64,000 nucleotides of DNA. Origin: Chrysemys picta bellii (taxonomy: Eukaryota). The position numbers and the translations under genes are program-made. Location: NCBI RefSeq assembly GCF_011386835.1, contig NC_088797.1, positions 102,424,001 to 102,488,000 of the forward strand, written 5' to 3'. The notes under the pieces are model-generated. The model saw nothing but the letters and a program-made list of their open reading frames with translations, made no database searches and was not told the DNA's origin. Below are positions 36,059-49,405 of the stretch, one piece after another; the first letter of the stretch is position 1; every line of letters starts with the position of its first letter.

Positions 36059-36211
36059 GTGTACATTCCATAGACATTCAGCTGGCTGTCTAGAGTGCTG
36101 CTGCCCAGACAGGAAATATCATACAGGGAGAAACACCTTTTTCAAGAGTTAGACATTCTGTGGCATTTCCTGTCTAAGCAGTAGCACTGGTAGGCAGGTA
36201 GCTGGGTACAC
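36059..36211. repeat. Palindromic MITE-like remnant
   Basis: 36094-36117 and 36165-36188 are inverted at 21 of 24 positions. Outer GTGTAC / GTACAC pair. No clear target-site duplication. Confidence 0.6.
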
Positions 36212-37007
36212 TTTTTTAGCATTGTGGCACCACTCTAAGCACCTCTATGGAGTGGGAAAATCTGGAAGCGTCTCACAGTTACCAACAGTCCTAAAAGGGA
36301 GAACCCCAAAGTGAATGTCCCCAACCTGCTTCCACTGCATTCAGGAGAAGCACAAGTCATCCTGGCAGATGCTCTGCAGAGAAACATGGCAAATTGGAGC
36401 CAGGCAGCATGGAAAAAGGAAATTAATTGAGAACCCCTCAACCCACGCACATCATGAGTGCTCCTGAGGCCAAAGTTACACTCACAGCCTCAGCCCACGT
36501 TTCTCCTCCAGTTTACCTCAGATCCCCAGCTATGCCACAATCCCATCCCTCATTTCCCAACCTAATCTACTCCATTCTACTGTAGCCCCCTTCTCCCATC
36601 ACCTGATTTAAATTTATCAACTCTTTAGATTCCTGGCAGAAGCAACACTTTTCCTATCTCAATCCCCCATCTGTCCTTTTTTCCACATATGAAAAAAAGG
36701 CTTGGGAAATGCAATGGTTTATCAAGATCGTGTCCCGGATGGGGGTCTGAATGTTACTGAACTAGAATGTGATACTTTTGGGGACATACAGGATGGAGCT
36801 TTTGTGTTATTTATATAAATACTCAATTTGATGTCATTTATGTGAATGAGAGAATGCATATTCATGGTATGTAAATCAGTACATTACATTATTTGCATGC
36901 AATCTCCAGAGCTGCTTTTCTTTATCTCCCCCAGCTCCTCCTAGTAGCCTTTCTGCTATATAATTTAAAGGAACAAGATACAGCCCCACATAGTTTTAGT
37001 GTATTTC

Positions 37008-37417
37008 TAGAGCCGTTTGGGAATTTTTTTGACACATTTTTTTCCATTTAATAATACTGATTTGTTGAAACTGAAACAATTTGTGGGAAAGGATCAGTTT
37101 TGACAAATTTTCTGTTGTGAAAAATTTGTAGAAATGCCCTATTTTGGTATTTTTGAAATGAAAAACTTCTGGGTTTTGGTTTAAAATGACAGTGTTTCAA
37201 AATGTAAGTTAATTTATAGTGCAAATATTTTTAAAGGAGCAAAATCAAATCAAAAGTTTCAAAATTATTGAAACAAAATTTTTCTACAGCCTAATCCTAA
37301 ACATTTTTTTATATTTCTTTGGATTTTAATATTTTTTAATCCCAATTTGGGACAGGGAAATATTCTGAAATCTTGAAAATTCTTGCAGGATGAGAAACAG
37401 TTTCCTCCCTGGCTCTA
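37008..37417. mobile_element. Old AT-rich hAT-like non-autonomous element
   Basis: Termini TAGAGCC / GGCTCTA and an AT-rich interior with repeated TTTCAAAA/GAAAC motifs. Target-site duplication not convincing. Confidence 0.45.
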
Positions 37418-38765
37418 GATGTTTGCTCAGTGCTTGTTACAACTAACTTTTTTATTCTCAGCTCTTTTACTCCCCCCCCACCTTACCTCACATGTTTTTG
37501 TGCTGTTCTTCTCTTTTTTTCTCCTCTTCCACACTTTCTATTTCTTGGAGGCACACCATTCTCAGTCCCCACTCCACTCCATTATTTCCTCTAATAATCT
37601 GTCCTTCCACCACTGGTTTGCCCCACTTTCAGCCTTTGTCTCGCTATCTAGATTCCTATACTGCCCCCGGTCACTGAATATCTGTCCATCTCACATGAGT
37701 TAAGCTTCCTTAGTTTCCCTTTTCTACAGTCCTTCCAAGTCTGCTATTTCCAGTCCTAGCCTTTTTCCATCCCTACATTTTCCAGCCAAAATCTCTTCTT
37801 TCAGGTTGCTTCTAGTACACTATAAGACAACCCATTTCTCTGATTACATCCAAGTGGCACTAGATAAAGGAAGATGTTTAGGGAAGGCTGCAGGAGCTGC
37901 AATCAGCTTTGTAAGGAGCTTGGGTGTATTTTTTTTTCAATGTGCGTACTTATAGGAGGGTGGCATATCTTGGTAGGTTCTTCCACTAACAAGACCAGAC
38001 TGTCTCTGAGCTGCTGGGTCTCTTTGATCAGTGCTCTCAGAACTTCAGGCAGAGGCACCAGGGTTCTGAGCAGCACATTCCTCTGCTTCTCCTGATGCAC
38101 AGCAAGGGACTCCACAAATGTTGGTGTATGAGCAAGTATCTGGGAGCTGCCGGAAGTGAGTGGAAAATCTGCTACCTTGACTTTCTAAATATAATGAAAG
38201 CTACAGCTCTAACCTTGAATGTCCGGCCATTAGCTGTCCAGAAAATAGCAGAAAAAAGTTAATTATTTCTGCTATTCTTATTTTGACCACATTTTTATAG
38301 TATTGTCAAAGCTAGGCGATTCTGAGTCTTCTCTCACTTATGAAATGTTCTGTTGTTCATGTCACAACTGCTCTGAAAGGTAACACATATAATGCTGTCT
38401 GTCTGCCAACATCACAAACTGCTGTTTTTATTGCTCAGGGTGATTTTTTTCCACTCAGACTCCATTTCCTGACAGGATGTAAAATGCAAGCCTAAACTAA
38501 TGAACAAATGGGAAAATAGCTGTTCTACTATAATCTCCATACTTCACATGGAGACAGGGAATATGCGTGTTCATTCCACTCCATTAGATACTGCCAACTG
38601 ATTCTTTCATGGCTCTTTTGTTGGTGAGTCATGAATTCATCCCTAATAAAAAGACATGCACTTTCCATATTTGGAGAGATCCACAAAGGATTTACATGCA
38701 CAAACTCTCCTTTGACTTGTCTGGAGAATGAACTTGATTGTGTGTGGGTTCATGTGCTGTATAAA

Positions 38766-39187
38766 TAGGCTTTGGCAGAGTTCCATTTTTTGTATAATTT
38801 TGCATATCGATACTTTAAAGGTTTTTATTATGTTGATTTAAATTTTCACAGTTGAGTAAAATTATGGGTTTTAAGCATTTTTTCCCCAATATTTAAATTT
38901 TCACAGTTGTGGGAAATTAATGGGGGGTCAGCCAATAATTATTTAATGACTGTAGCCATGGAGATTCAAAAAGCTAATCTTTGTAACTGTTAAAATACAC
39001 ATTGTCAATGTCACATGTCAAAATATACAAAGTAAATATCCTTAAATCATACTCAAGTTCTCAAGCATCATTTTTCTTCCTTTGCCTATCTGTAAATTTT
39101 GATGAATATCAATGGAAATATTTTTTTGTTTGTGTGCATAAAATTAAATCAACATTTACTGAAACAAATCTAATCCTTCCAAGCCTA
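38766..39187. mobile_element. hAT MITE, 422 bp
   Basis: Termini TAGGCTTTGG / CCAAGCCTA with 8-bp duplication TGTATAAA / TATATAAA (7 of 8). Confidence 0.8.
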
Positions 39188-41660
39188 TATATAAACAAAT
39201 GCAATTGCTTGTATTCAAATAACCAGTAAACTGTATCTATGAATAGAATAAAAATATGAAACCTGTTAATTAACTCAGCCTTTCATCTTTCTTAGGTAGA
39301 AGGAGCTCAATACAGCTCATTATGAGAGTCTTCCAGATGAGACTTTATAAACAGCAGTCGTGTCTCTTCTTTGTGGACATTGAGTGGCATTTACAAGTGT
39401 GTCCAGTGTTGGTCTAACTCTGCACCCACTGGAGCAAGTGGTAAAATGACCAGTGACTTTAGCAGGAGCAGAATTAGCCTAATGCTGATTGAATAAACTT
39501 ATAGTTCCCACTGTTAAGGTTCAGTGGCAATTTCTATGAGAATAGGGTTTTATTCTATATTTTTAAATAAAATGTTGGCTCTGTCCCAGATATCTACCAC
39601 CCTACTGCCCTTTCATGCCACTAGTGACTGCATTGCAGTCATGAATTGATTCTGCCTTCAGAAAAGCACTTAAGCAAATGAATTAAATGGGACTTAAGTA
39701 GTTTCTTAAGTATCCTTCTAAAATAGGAATGTTTTCCTGGATTAAAACTATAGTTCGTAAAAAAATTAGGATCTCTTGGTTGGAATGTGCTATATAAAAA
39801 ATACATACATGCTGGGCACAAGTTCTCCGCTCCGTTCCACCTATGCAACTTCATTCCATGGGTGTAACAGAGGGATCAAATTTTATCCACTCGGTATTGA
39901 TACAGTACATTAAATTGTGACCGTTATATAAATTAATGACCTACACTATTTAATCTTATTTAATAACTATTTAAGGAACCTATTCCCTACTGTAAGAAGA
40001 TTAGACTCTTCCAGACTTGGTATTGCAACATGGAATTAGCTTAACCTAATTTAAAATAAAAAAATCAATGAAACTTATCTCAAAAAAGTAGTTAAGCAGA
40101 ATTCATTGTTGAATAATCTTCCTAGCCCTTGTAAAACTGCAATGTGTATGTCTTTGTTATTTTCCTTGTTTCGTTAGAGGGAATTCATTGAATAAATCTC
40201 AGTGCGCTACAACTAATTACTGGCTTTTCTAGGTTCCTGCTCTGAAGATCTGCTCCCTTTTTTTCATAGCTTGCTGAAAATGAATGTGCATAAATTCTTT
40301 AGCATGAGAGAGAAGTCAAGGGAAATAGCATTCAGGTGGACAAAGCAGCCCAGACAGCCCATCAAGAGTCTAACCTGCCTGTTCTGCCAGAGAATTGGCT
40401 CCTGTTGAAAGAATATTTCCCGTACCTTGGCATCTGTGTTCTGTAATTACCATTTACCGTGTGAGAAGAGGCGGAGGGAAGGGTTTAGACACTGTTCTCT
40501 CCAGTATTCCCCTTTTCTCTCCCAAATATATTCAGATTTTTTGCTTGTAAAATAGAAAATATTTGTTAAAGATACAGAAAAAAATAATTAAAAATATATA
40601 TTTTTTGAAATAGAAAAGTGACATCAACCCAAGGCAATGTAAGTTTGATTTTCCTGGTACTTATTGCTAATACTTTTTACATTTCTTCCTATTATAAGGA
40701 GATTTCAATTTCCAGCAGTAAAGGGCTTGTATAATATAGTACAATGAAACTATTTTACTTTTTTTTTTCTTTTTAAATGTATGGATTGTGCAATTGGTGT
40801 ACTTATTCTGCAGATGATTGAATTGTTTGAAATACAAATCTCCTCCAAACTCTCATACTCCTATCTCCAAACACATGCATACCCATTCCCTCATGCTCTT
40901 TACAAGAGTATTAGGAAGGCTGGTTGTCACAGGAAGTCTGAAAATAGAAAATAAACACTTTTTGAACTGGTGTGGTCACGGTTTAATAATGTGATGATGC
41001 CTGGAGAGTTTGAAAAGTTTCCTGATTTTACCCATGAATAAAAGGTTTTGAGGCAAAAAACCCCAACCAGCCTACCAAACAAACAAACAAAAACCAGGGC
41101 ACTGCAAATATTCTTTAAGCTTCTAGCAGCTTAATTGTGTGTCTCTCCATTTCTGGACAATTTTCAATGTTGTTCTGTAGAAAATAGGAATAGAAGGCTT
41201 GCAAATGACTAAATCTTGTCCTCTTGGCAGTATGGAAAAAAACTGCTATCTGCAGATATCAGATATAAACACATTTTTCATGGGCAACTCTGCCTTCTGG
41301 GATAGTCTAAATAATAGAAACATTATTAGTTGTGTTAGTTCTTAGCAATGTTTTCTTATGTTCTATTCCATGATAAACAAACATCTATGGAGAAAATATT
41401 TTGTAAGTCTGAATCACTTAATTTTATGTTGTGTTATATGTAGCCTTCTGATATTAATTTCTTCACTGATGGTGTTGCACCACCTACCTACACTATGATT
41501 GTTTTCTTATAACTTCTGATTGTTGTCTGATCAAGATTGTAAAATCTTCTAAAGCTCTTTTCAGTGCTGTGCATACTTATGGTGAGAGATGGAATAACTG
41601 CAAAAGAAAGTTAAAAAAGCCTTTCTTCAGGAGTGATGATTATTTATTAGTGTTATCGTT

Positions 41661-41770
41661 TGTATTACAGTAGTGTATAGAGGCTTCAGTCAAGATCAGG
41701 ACCTCATTGTGATCTGTATAAAGGACACAAAGTTAAAGACAATCCCATTCTCTTTGAGCTTCAAATCTAA
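41661..41770. repeat. Ancient interspersed repeat (L2/MIR-related), homologous to 60788-60896
   Basis: Shares TGTATT.CAGTAG...AGGC..CAGTCAAGAT...TTGTG...AGACA...AGCTT with the 60.8-kb copy. Family name is from memory. Confidence 0.55.
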
Positions 41771-43933
41771 GTGGACTACATAGACAAAGTGGGAGAAAGA
41801 AAATACTAATGGTCTTATTTGACAGTAGTTGAACTAAAGCAGACAGAGAGCGTAGGCTGCGTTTATCTAAATCCCAAAAAATTCACTTATCCACCTGAAA
41901 TATTAAACGTCTGCATATTCATCTTTATCCCTCCATTATCTGACCTACTTATGTCCCCAACAATTTCTCTGGGCATCTATAAGGCACCTATTACCATGGC
42001 ATCTAGATGCTGCCCCAATAGACTCCACCCACTTTCCTCACTTTTCTTCAGTATATCCCCCTCCCCACAACTCTTCTATTTCCACACCTTTAAAGGATTT
42101 CACAGTCAATCAATAATCATTACCATCTTCCCATACTTTTCTATGTTGCACAGCTGATACGTTTTTTTGTTTTGTTTCAGGTGTTATGGAGACCTGCCAC
42201 CTGGATGGAGGAACCACTGTTTTGTACACACCTGTAAGCATATCATGAAAGTGTTCAAGTTGTATGTGACATGTGAGTACGTAATGTTGATGTGTCTCTC
42301 TGAAATAGCGTGTTGAAGTGAAAATGTCCATTTAGGTAAAAAGTAAACTCTTTGATCTGTACTAAGATCTTTTGCATCTCTCTTTATGGCAGTTCTATGC
42401 TTGTCAACAGAAGCCTTACATGTGGAATGAATGAAGAATTTCCCCTCAATATATTGGAGAGGAGAATTTCACCTTTAAATTTCATGACTACATGTCATTT
42501 AGCCAGAATAAATGAAATTATATTGGCTTGGAGTGAAGATGTAGGAAATGAATATAGTCTAGGTCTGTGTTAACATTCTTACTGTCTTCTTATTGCACAC
42601 TCAACACCTTAGCATTTCAATGCCTGGGGTTCTCTGCAGCACTGGTGGATGAAAAGATCAGCATTGCCATTCCCTTAGGCCTGGCTTGCCTTTTCCATTC
42701 CTTGCCCACTCACTGGTCAAGGGGATAAAGTTCATCCCCCTCCCTTGATCTGCTGACTCCACACTCCTGGATCCTGGACAATGGGGGATGTTGCAGAGGC
42801 AAGTGCTAACTCCTGTTTCTATGTAACAGGACAGTGGTATGAGAACAAAAGGTCCTCCGTGCGCACACACATGCAGGGTATGAGTATTAAAATAAATATA
42901 TGACTAGCAAGGTAGAAGATCAGTTTTGCTGAGTAACTTTCAGCTCTGTCATTCAGCTCTGTCATTGGTGGTGTAGAATGTTACAGACAGAGGGAAATAA
43001 AGCGAACGCCATTCTTGTTTCATGCAGGTTTCTTTAGTTTTCTTTATTTTTTGTGTAAATATTTGTTTTTTTCACTCTCAACTTTTCAGGGGTGTGACAT
43101 GTGCTTTCCGCAGGTGGGGAATATATTCATGTTTAGACATGAAAGCTGTACAGCCCTAAAGACTGGCAGACAGTGCTTTGTAGAGACCTAGTTCTGAAAT
43201 ATTAAAGATTTATAGGCCAGAACTGAATGGTTTTACTGTCCTGGAACTTGAATAAAGCACTGTCCTGGAAGCTGCAACACTGGCATAAAACAGACATGAA
43301 ACCCTGCACTGTTCTAGAATCGAAGTACGAGTCCCAAAATAGACCCAAGGTCAAAGAACACTGCAGACAGAAGTACCATTACATTCACTGGAGCTATTGA
43401 CAAATGGGGTTTAGGAATGTGCCACTTTTCTTTTAAATTTAAAAGGAATTCCTTCCCGTTTGAAAAAATATTTTAATTTTTTTTTAAGTTTCGTAAAATA
43501 CAATAAAGGAAAGTGGTAGATAACCTCTAAACTCTTTTTCCAGACAATTCTCATGTAATTTCAGTCATTTTAATTAGTCTTTATCAGACAACTTGCCACT
43601 GTAACAATGTAATGATCATTTAAACTGACATGCAGAATTTATAGAATTATTTTCAATGTTTATCTTCATAATATTATCAATGAAGATATATTGGACAAGA
43701 TGACATGCTTTAAAAGTAATGGTTTAATTTAACTTTATATTTTTAGAGCTGGGATGTATCTCAGTAATATATAGATACTGCAGCCTTAGCATCTATGGCC
43801 AAGTATATAAAACAAGTAAGTTAATGAAGAATCCAGTGACAAGCACTGATGTTTCTTGTGTAATTCTTAAGAGATCCAAGAGAAGAATGTGCGAATTATC
43901 TATATTATTCCTATGAATATTATGTGCATCTGT

Positions 43934-44868
43934 GTGATGTTAGAGGTTAAACTGGCTGGTTCTATGGAGTCCGAACAGTAACATCCAGTTTGAGCTCTTC
44001 CCAGCTCTCCAGGAACCCAGCAGTGGCGTTAATTCAATTGCCTGGTACTCACAGGACAGTGCCCCAATCCTCTGTTGGGAGGCTATTACTGATCCTCTCT
44101 AAAGAACCACATAAACCAGTTTGGATAAGATGCAGAGTCCCAAGTCAAAGACTTAAATCATGAACAAAGGATGTTTGGAATGAGTGAAAACATCTGTGAG
44201 CTAAGGAGAGAGAAATACTGACTAGAGTAATCACTGAAGAAATGTCTACACTACAATTGGAGGTGTGATTGTGGCATAGACCTACCTGTGCTAGCACAGC
44301 TAAAAATAGCAGTGTACAAATGGCAATACAGGGTTCAGCACAGGCAAGCAAAATGAATACATCCTGTGCTTAAGACCATGCTGCTGGATCTACATTGCTA
44401 CTTTTAGCCGTGATGATTGTGGGTATGAATACCAGTGCTTCAGTCACACCTCACATTACAGTGTATATGTACCCTGAGAGAAGGAGGCTGCATGAGCAGT
44501 CCACCTTGCCCACCCTATTACTGTGAGACTACTTAGAACTTGCAAAGAAAGGCCATGGGTTAGATAAGAAAATGTGTTTAGACATTTGTTATTTTAATCC
44601 TGGTCTCTCTACTTGTGATGTTTCTATAGATAAATAAATCACACTTGTTTTTGAAAAGCTGTCTTAAGTCACTGCATTTATCTGCTGGCCACATTTCCCA
44701 GAGAGAAGTGTATAGCATGACTGTTGGTATAATGTAATTGGTGTAACAGAGGTTACTGTAACCTGGTGAGCTGTAGGGTTCCTCCCTGAGAGAAACACAG
44801 GCATGGTGGCTTGGAATTGGTGCCCAAGGAAGAGATAGAAAATGGGGTCAAACTATAGTTGTAACAGT
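43934..44868 (+). mobile_element. Possible old LTR interrupted by a MITE
   Basis: TG-start / TGTAACA-end candidates and AATAAA near 44632. Boundaries and target-site duplication not established. Confidence 0.3.
44238..44474. mobile_element. Degraded Harbinger-type MITE
   Basis: TGTCTACACT near the left end and AGTGTATATGTACCC at the right end resemble the TIR of the 26922-30844 element. Confidence 0.65.
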
Positions 44869-46712
44869 CTGTATGTTCTCTCATATTGCAGGGTGATCAT
44901 GAATGTGAGAGACAAGTTAGATGCCTCAAATCTCCTTGAATCCCACCCGTCTGTTGTTGTTTGACTTATGCACTGTGCCTGGAGTGAACAAGGCCGCTCC
45001 ATTTGTTACTTAGAAAGCCCTTAATGTCTTGCAACTGGCTTATATGAAGAGAGATGCAGTCTCTTAACAAATACCACCCTGGCTACTCTCAGTAGAGGCA
45101 TTTGATCTGAAACCCATCTGTTTAACAGAAGCAGATGCCCTCATATGTTTCCAGGAAGGACTCTCAACTTTGGAACTTACTCTTGGTCTGAAATAGACCA
45201 ATTCTGATCTACAGGGCATGCTGCCAGGGTTTACCAAAGCATATGGGGGTGGAGGGTTGTGACAGAAGCAAGTATTTAGAGGTGAGGCAAGGTATTGTTT
45301 GAATTTGATTTGATATTTGGTTAGTTATTTCCTGGTGTTGGGATGAATGGAGGCTGCTGGTTTATTTCTTGTGATTACTTTTAATTTGTCTCAAAGATGC
45401 CTAGAATCTTGGTTAGATTTTTTTTATATTATTTTTTGTATATTATTCCTAGCCTAAGCAAACTGTTTAAAAAAGGAGTGTTCTTGCCACTGACTTCACT
45501 GGGAGCAAAGCCAGACCCCAGAACTAACACACTTTTGATTTTTATTAGCTATTTTTATTTATCTGATTACTTGTAATAAGATTCAAAACAGATGTTTGTG
45601 ATTATGATTCACCATTTGCACTGGAGGTGAAATTCATCCACACGTGAAGGGCTTGCACATCAGACTGTCTGTTTTTTTTTAAAAAAATACCCATCATATT
45701 TGAATACTGACATTTTTGTCAGGCAGTCTATGGAAATATGATCAATACACAGATTTGCTTCTGTCACCCTGTCCAGGTGCAGGTAGGAAACATTACAATT
45801 TCTTATCTCTTTGTCCTTCTATTCTTGTTACTTCTCCCCTTTGGAGTGCAGACAGAATAGCATACAAGATTTTACTCTTGCATGTGTGTGAGTAAATGTG
45901 TGTATCTTAAAGGGAGGCTATGTCAGAAGGGGGTCTTGAATTTTGTCCCAAATGTAGTCAGATTCATTTTGATCCTCAACTCCATTGGAAAGGTTTTTGA
46001 CAGCTGATAGATGGCTATTAAAAGGTTCTTTTTCCTGATTGCATTAGTCTTACCCTGTTCATTGAGGATCATAGCCTTCTTAGAAAATCATAGTTGCAAA
46101 GGAAAAGGCATTCTCTCCAAGAGCTCAGTCCCAGTACTCTTTGAACTTTGAACATAATGTGTTTGTTCGGTGGACAGCTACTGCTCTGATTTGGATGTAC
46201 TGAAATGGAGTGCATCAGTCTGTTTACCAGCAAGTTGGCTGCATGAACTGAAGTTTCCTTCACATCTGCAGTTGCATTCTCAAGTGCAGTGCATTTGAGG
46301 AGAGGATGGAATTCCTAAATGTATAGAGCTGCATCAGCAGTTGTGTGTCACAGGATGGCCACCCAAAAAGTTGAAAATAATGATTTTTCTTGCTAAAGTT
46401 GCTATTTGGATGCGTAGCGTGGGTGTGTTGGAAGAAAGGCTATCCAGCTTGACTTCTCCACCCCCTGCACATCATGGAAGTGAGCTCTGCACTGATTCTA
46501 AATACCATAGGCTTAGATGGATGGGTTCTGGAACTGCAGTTGTACAAATCTAGTGGCCAAATCCCTTCAATGTATGGGTAGCAGATGTTATTCCAGTGAT
46601 AGGGTACAATAGCAGTCATGGAGGAACTGTACTGTAGCTGTAGCATGTGTGGTCAGTTCCAGTGGCATGTGTGGTATGGAGGTGCGAAGGGAAGAAGAGA
46701 GTGGACAGGGAG

Positions 46713-46955
46713 CAGGGCCAGCTCCAGGCACCAGCTAAAGAAGCAGGTGCTTGGGGCAGCCAATACCAAGAGGCAGCACTCTGGCTGCTATTGGGGCGGC
46801 ACATCCGGGTCTTCGGTGGCGGGTCACTCATTCCCTCTCCGAGCGAAGGATCTGCCGCCGAAGAGTGGAGCAGCGCGATCACGCTGCAGCAGCTGCTTTT
46901 TTTTTTTTTTTTTTTTTTGCCGCTTGGGGCAGCAGAAAACCTGGAGCCGGCTCTG
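46713..46955 (-). mobile_element. GC-rich hAT MITE (CAGGGCCGGC family), copy B, 243 bp
   Basis: TIRs CAGGGCCAGC / GCCGGCTCTG with perfect 8-bp duplication ACAGGGAG (46705-46712 and 46956-46963). Opposite orientation to copies A and C. Confidence 0.93.
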
Positions 46956-48098
46956 ACAGGGAGTATTTCTTCCTCGTACATTCTGTGTTCCTAGCCTAAC
47001 TCAATCACAAATTTCAGCTCGGGCTTTTTGGGTGGCAGTGAGGATGAATGGAAGGGACTGTGCCAAAAGGACCACTGAGCTAAGTTTTGCAAAGGCCAAC
47101 CTACTGACGAGGCCAGCCCTCATGTCCCTTTTTGGTGGTTACTGTAGCATGTAATGGCTTTTTTTCCCCCTTATTTGAAACAGCAGGGCTAGTGATGACC
47201 CATAAAGTGTAAAACGAAACACAGCATGAGTCAGGTTCACTTCCTATAAAGCGTGTTTAAAGCTCTCAAGAAAATTTAGCCTGTATTAATAAGTTTGTAT
47301 GATTTAGACAAACTCATTTGCAGAGAGATTTTTTTTCTTTGCAGCTGCCGATTATGAACAGAGCAAGTTTTCCAAAAGCAAAGCAAAGAAGTTTTGATAC
47401 TAAATTATGCAACGTTTTTGGTTTTGAAGCATTTTGATAAATAGAATGATCAGCAACAGTTCATTGAAATGAATTCATTCCTTTTGCCTTTCATATATTT
47501 AATTCATTGCAGCAATTTTGAATAAAAAGAAGTGCTGGATGATCCGGAAAAGGCCAGTAATTCTAGTTCAGGGAAACACCCAGTTCTTCTAATGCATATT
47601 GTCTGGAAATATCAAGTAAGATATTGCAAAAGCCGGCAGGCATTACATTTAAAATGCTTCCTAGTTTTGGCTGGGGGAAAAAAAAAACAAATATTGTTTT
47701 CTCATGCCTATCACAGCTAAAACAAGTTCAGAGGCACAAGAAAAAAGGAGGAAAAAAAAACCTATGAAGCCTCTGAGCTATCTATACAAGTGTGGACAGA
47801 TCACCAGCTGATGTAAATTGGCATAGCTCCAATTAAGTGAATGGAGCTACTCCAATTTACTCCAGCTAAGAATCTGAGCCTTGTACTCTGCTCATCCACA
47901 GGGATCCTAGAAATCTGTTTGCCTCGGAAAAATGTGGCATTTGCGTTTTTACAGAGAATCTTTAGGTTTTACATTTTGTGAAAAAATAAAAACACGTTAA
48001 CTATTAACTAAATTTTACTGAAAGTACCAGTGTCACTTATTCAATGTGCACAATCTCTCCGTCTTGTGGTTGATTTTTTTTAATGTTCTTTAAATTTA

Positions 48099-48283
48099 CA
48101 GTGGAACCCTGTTTATCTGATGTAACTGGGCCCAGGGACAGGTCAGATAATCAAAATTTTGAATAATCAGGAGAATTGGCACAAAGCTTTCTATCCCTTA
48201 TCGAGTGGGCAGCCCCGGGCGGCTGGTAGTTCAGTTAATACTGAAAGCCGGATAAAGAGGCTCAGATCAACAGGGTTCTGCTG
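48099..48283. mobile_element. Tc1/mariner (Tigger-like) MITE, 185 bp
   Basis: TIRs CAGTGGAACCCTGTTTATCTGA / TCAGATCAACAGGGTTCTGCTG (19 of 22), with TA on both flanks. Confidence 0.9.
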
Positions 48284-48667
48284 TATATCAATAAAACGTT
48301 GTGTTAACTGATACCTAGGTATATTGTGGCTAGGGAAACTAAAGTTCATTTTAATCGTGGAAAAATGTGCATTTTTATGGGGCTTTTTATATCAGAGAAT
48401 TTAGGGTTTTTTTAACTCATGGGAAACTAGGATTTCTCTTCATCATACTGATATGGGAATGCCTGAAAAGGTTCAGGTTTGGTTTGAAGGATAGAAATGG
48501 ACTCAATCCACAAATTTTGGATCCCAGTTCAAACTTCTCCAACATCATGGTTGTTCAGTTTGTTTGTTTGTTTGTTTGTTCTTCTGGGTCCCCATGAGTT
48601 CCTCATTTATCCAAACAGTTTGCTGAGACCTAAATAAACATGTACTCTTGCATGTTGCAAACACTGC

Positions 48668-49310
48668 TGTGACGGGGTCCCTCACCCCGCATTGGACGGG
48701 GAAGGGTTAACTCCTCACTAAGGGCTGAGGAAGCTGTGCCCCCACATCCCTACTGGGCATGCTTGAGGTGTAGCATCAGTATAAGAGGAAGCAGCCTAGC
48801 CACTGGATGCATGCTGCAGGCTCCAGCCTGGGAACTGCCGAAGCCCCAAACTACAGGAGCTGGAGACACCGAGACTCAGGCAGACGCCCGGGTACCTGAG
48901 GATGCTACAGATCGGAGCCCCCAGGACCAACACAACCTGAGGAGACCAGAGACCCCAAAGATGCCTAGACCAGGACTGCAGGAGTCGCCGTAGGAAGGAG
49001 CCCAGGGAGGGACTAGCCATTATCCCTACAGCAGTCAGCGTGTTTTGGGCGGATCCCCACTGACTAAGTGGTGAATGCCCTCACCAATATGAGGGCCCAG
49101 AGCTGAGACCCAGTGGAGCTGGGAGGGCCTGAGTCTCCCTACCCTGGCCACCACCCTCCTGGGAGGCTGCCCAGCCCTATTGACTCCAACCACTAAGCCT
49201 AACCACCCTGTGGACAAGGGGGAACCTATTGACTCTGGCCACCAGGCCTCACTGCCCTGGGAGTCAGGACACTATCACTGACTCTGACTCCTAGGCTGCA
49301 CGACCCTACA
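48668..49310 (+). mobile_element. Solo LTR, related to 15661-16074
   Basis: TGTGACGGGG...CCCTACA termini, homology to the reverse complement of the 15.7-kb copy, and short internal repeats (CCTATTGACTC) near the 3' end. Target-site duplication not clean. Confidence 0.65.
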
Positions 49311-49405
49311 ACAAAGAGCCATTCAGTGGACTTAAACACTTAGGCCTCATTGCCTAAATGCAGAAGATGGCTTGAGGATGGGGTGCACTTATCCTGCACT
49401 GGACA

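Noticed and set aside
49160-49300. Short spaced repeats (CCTATTGACTC...) that look superficially like a CRISPR array, as does 31700-32000
   Set aside because: Repeats are degenerate and irregularly spaced, lie inside an LTR or MITE, and there are no cas genes. The context is eukaryotic.
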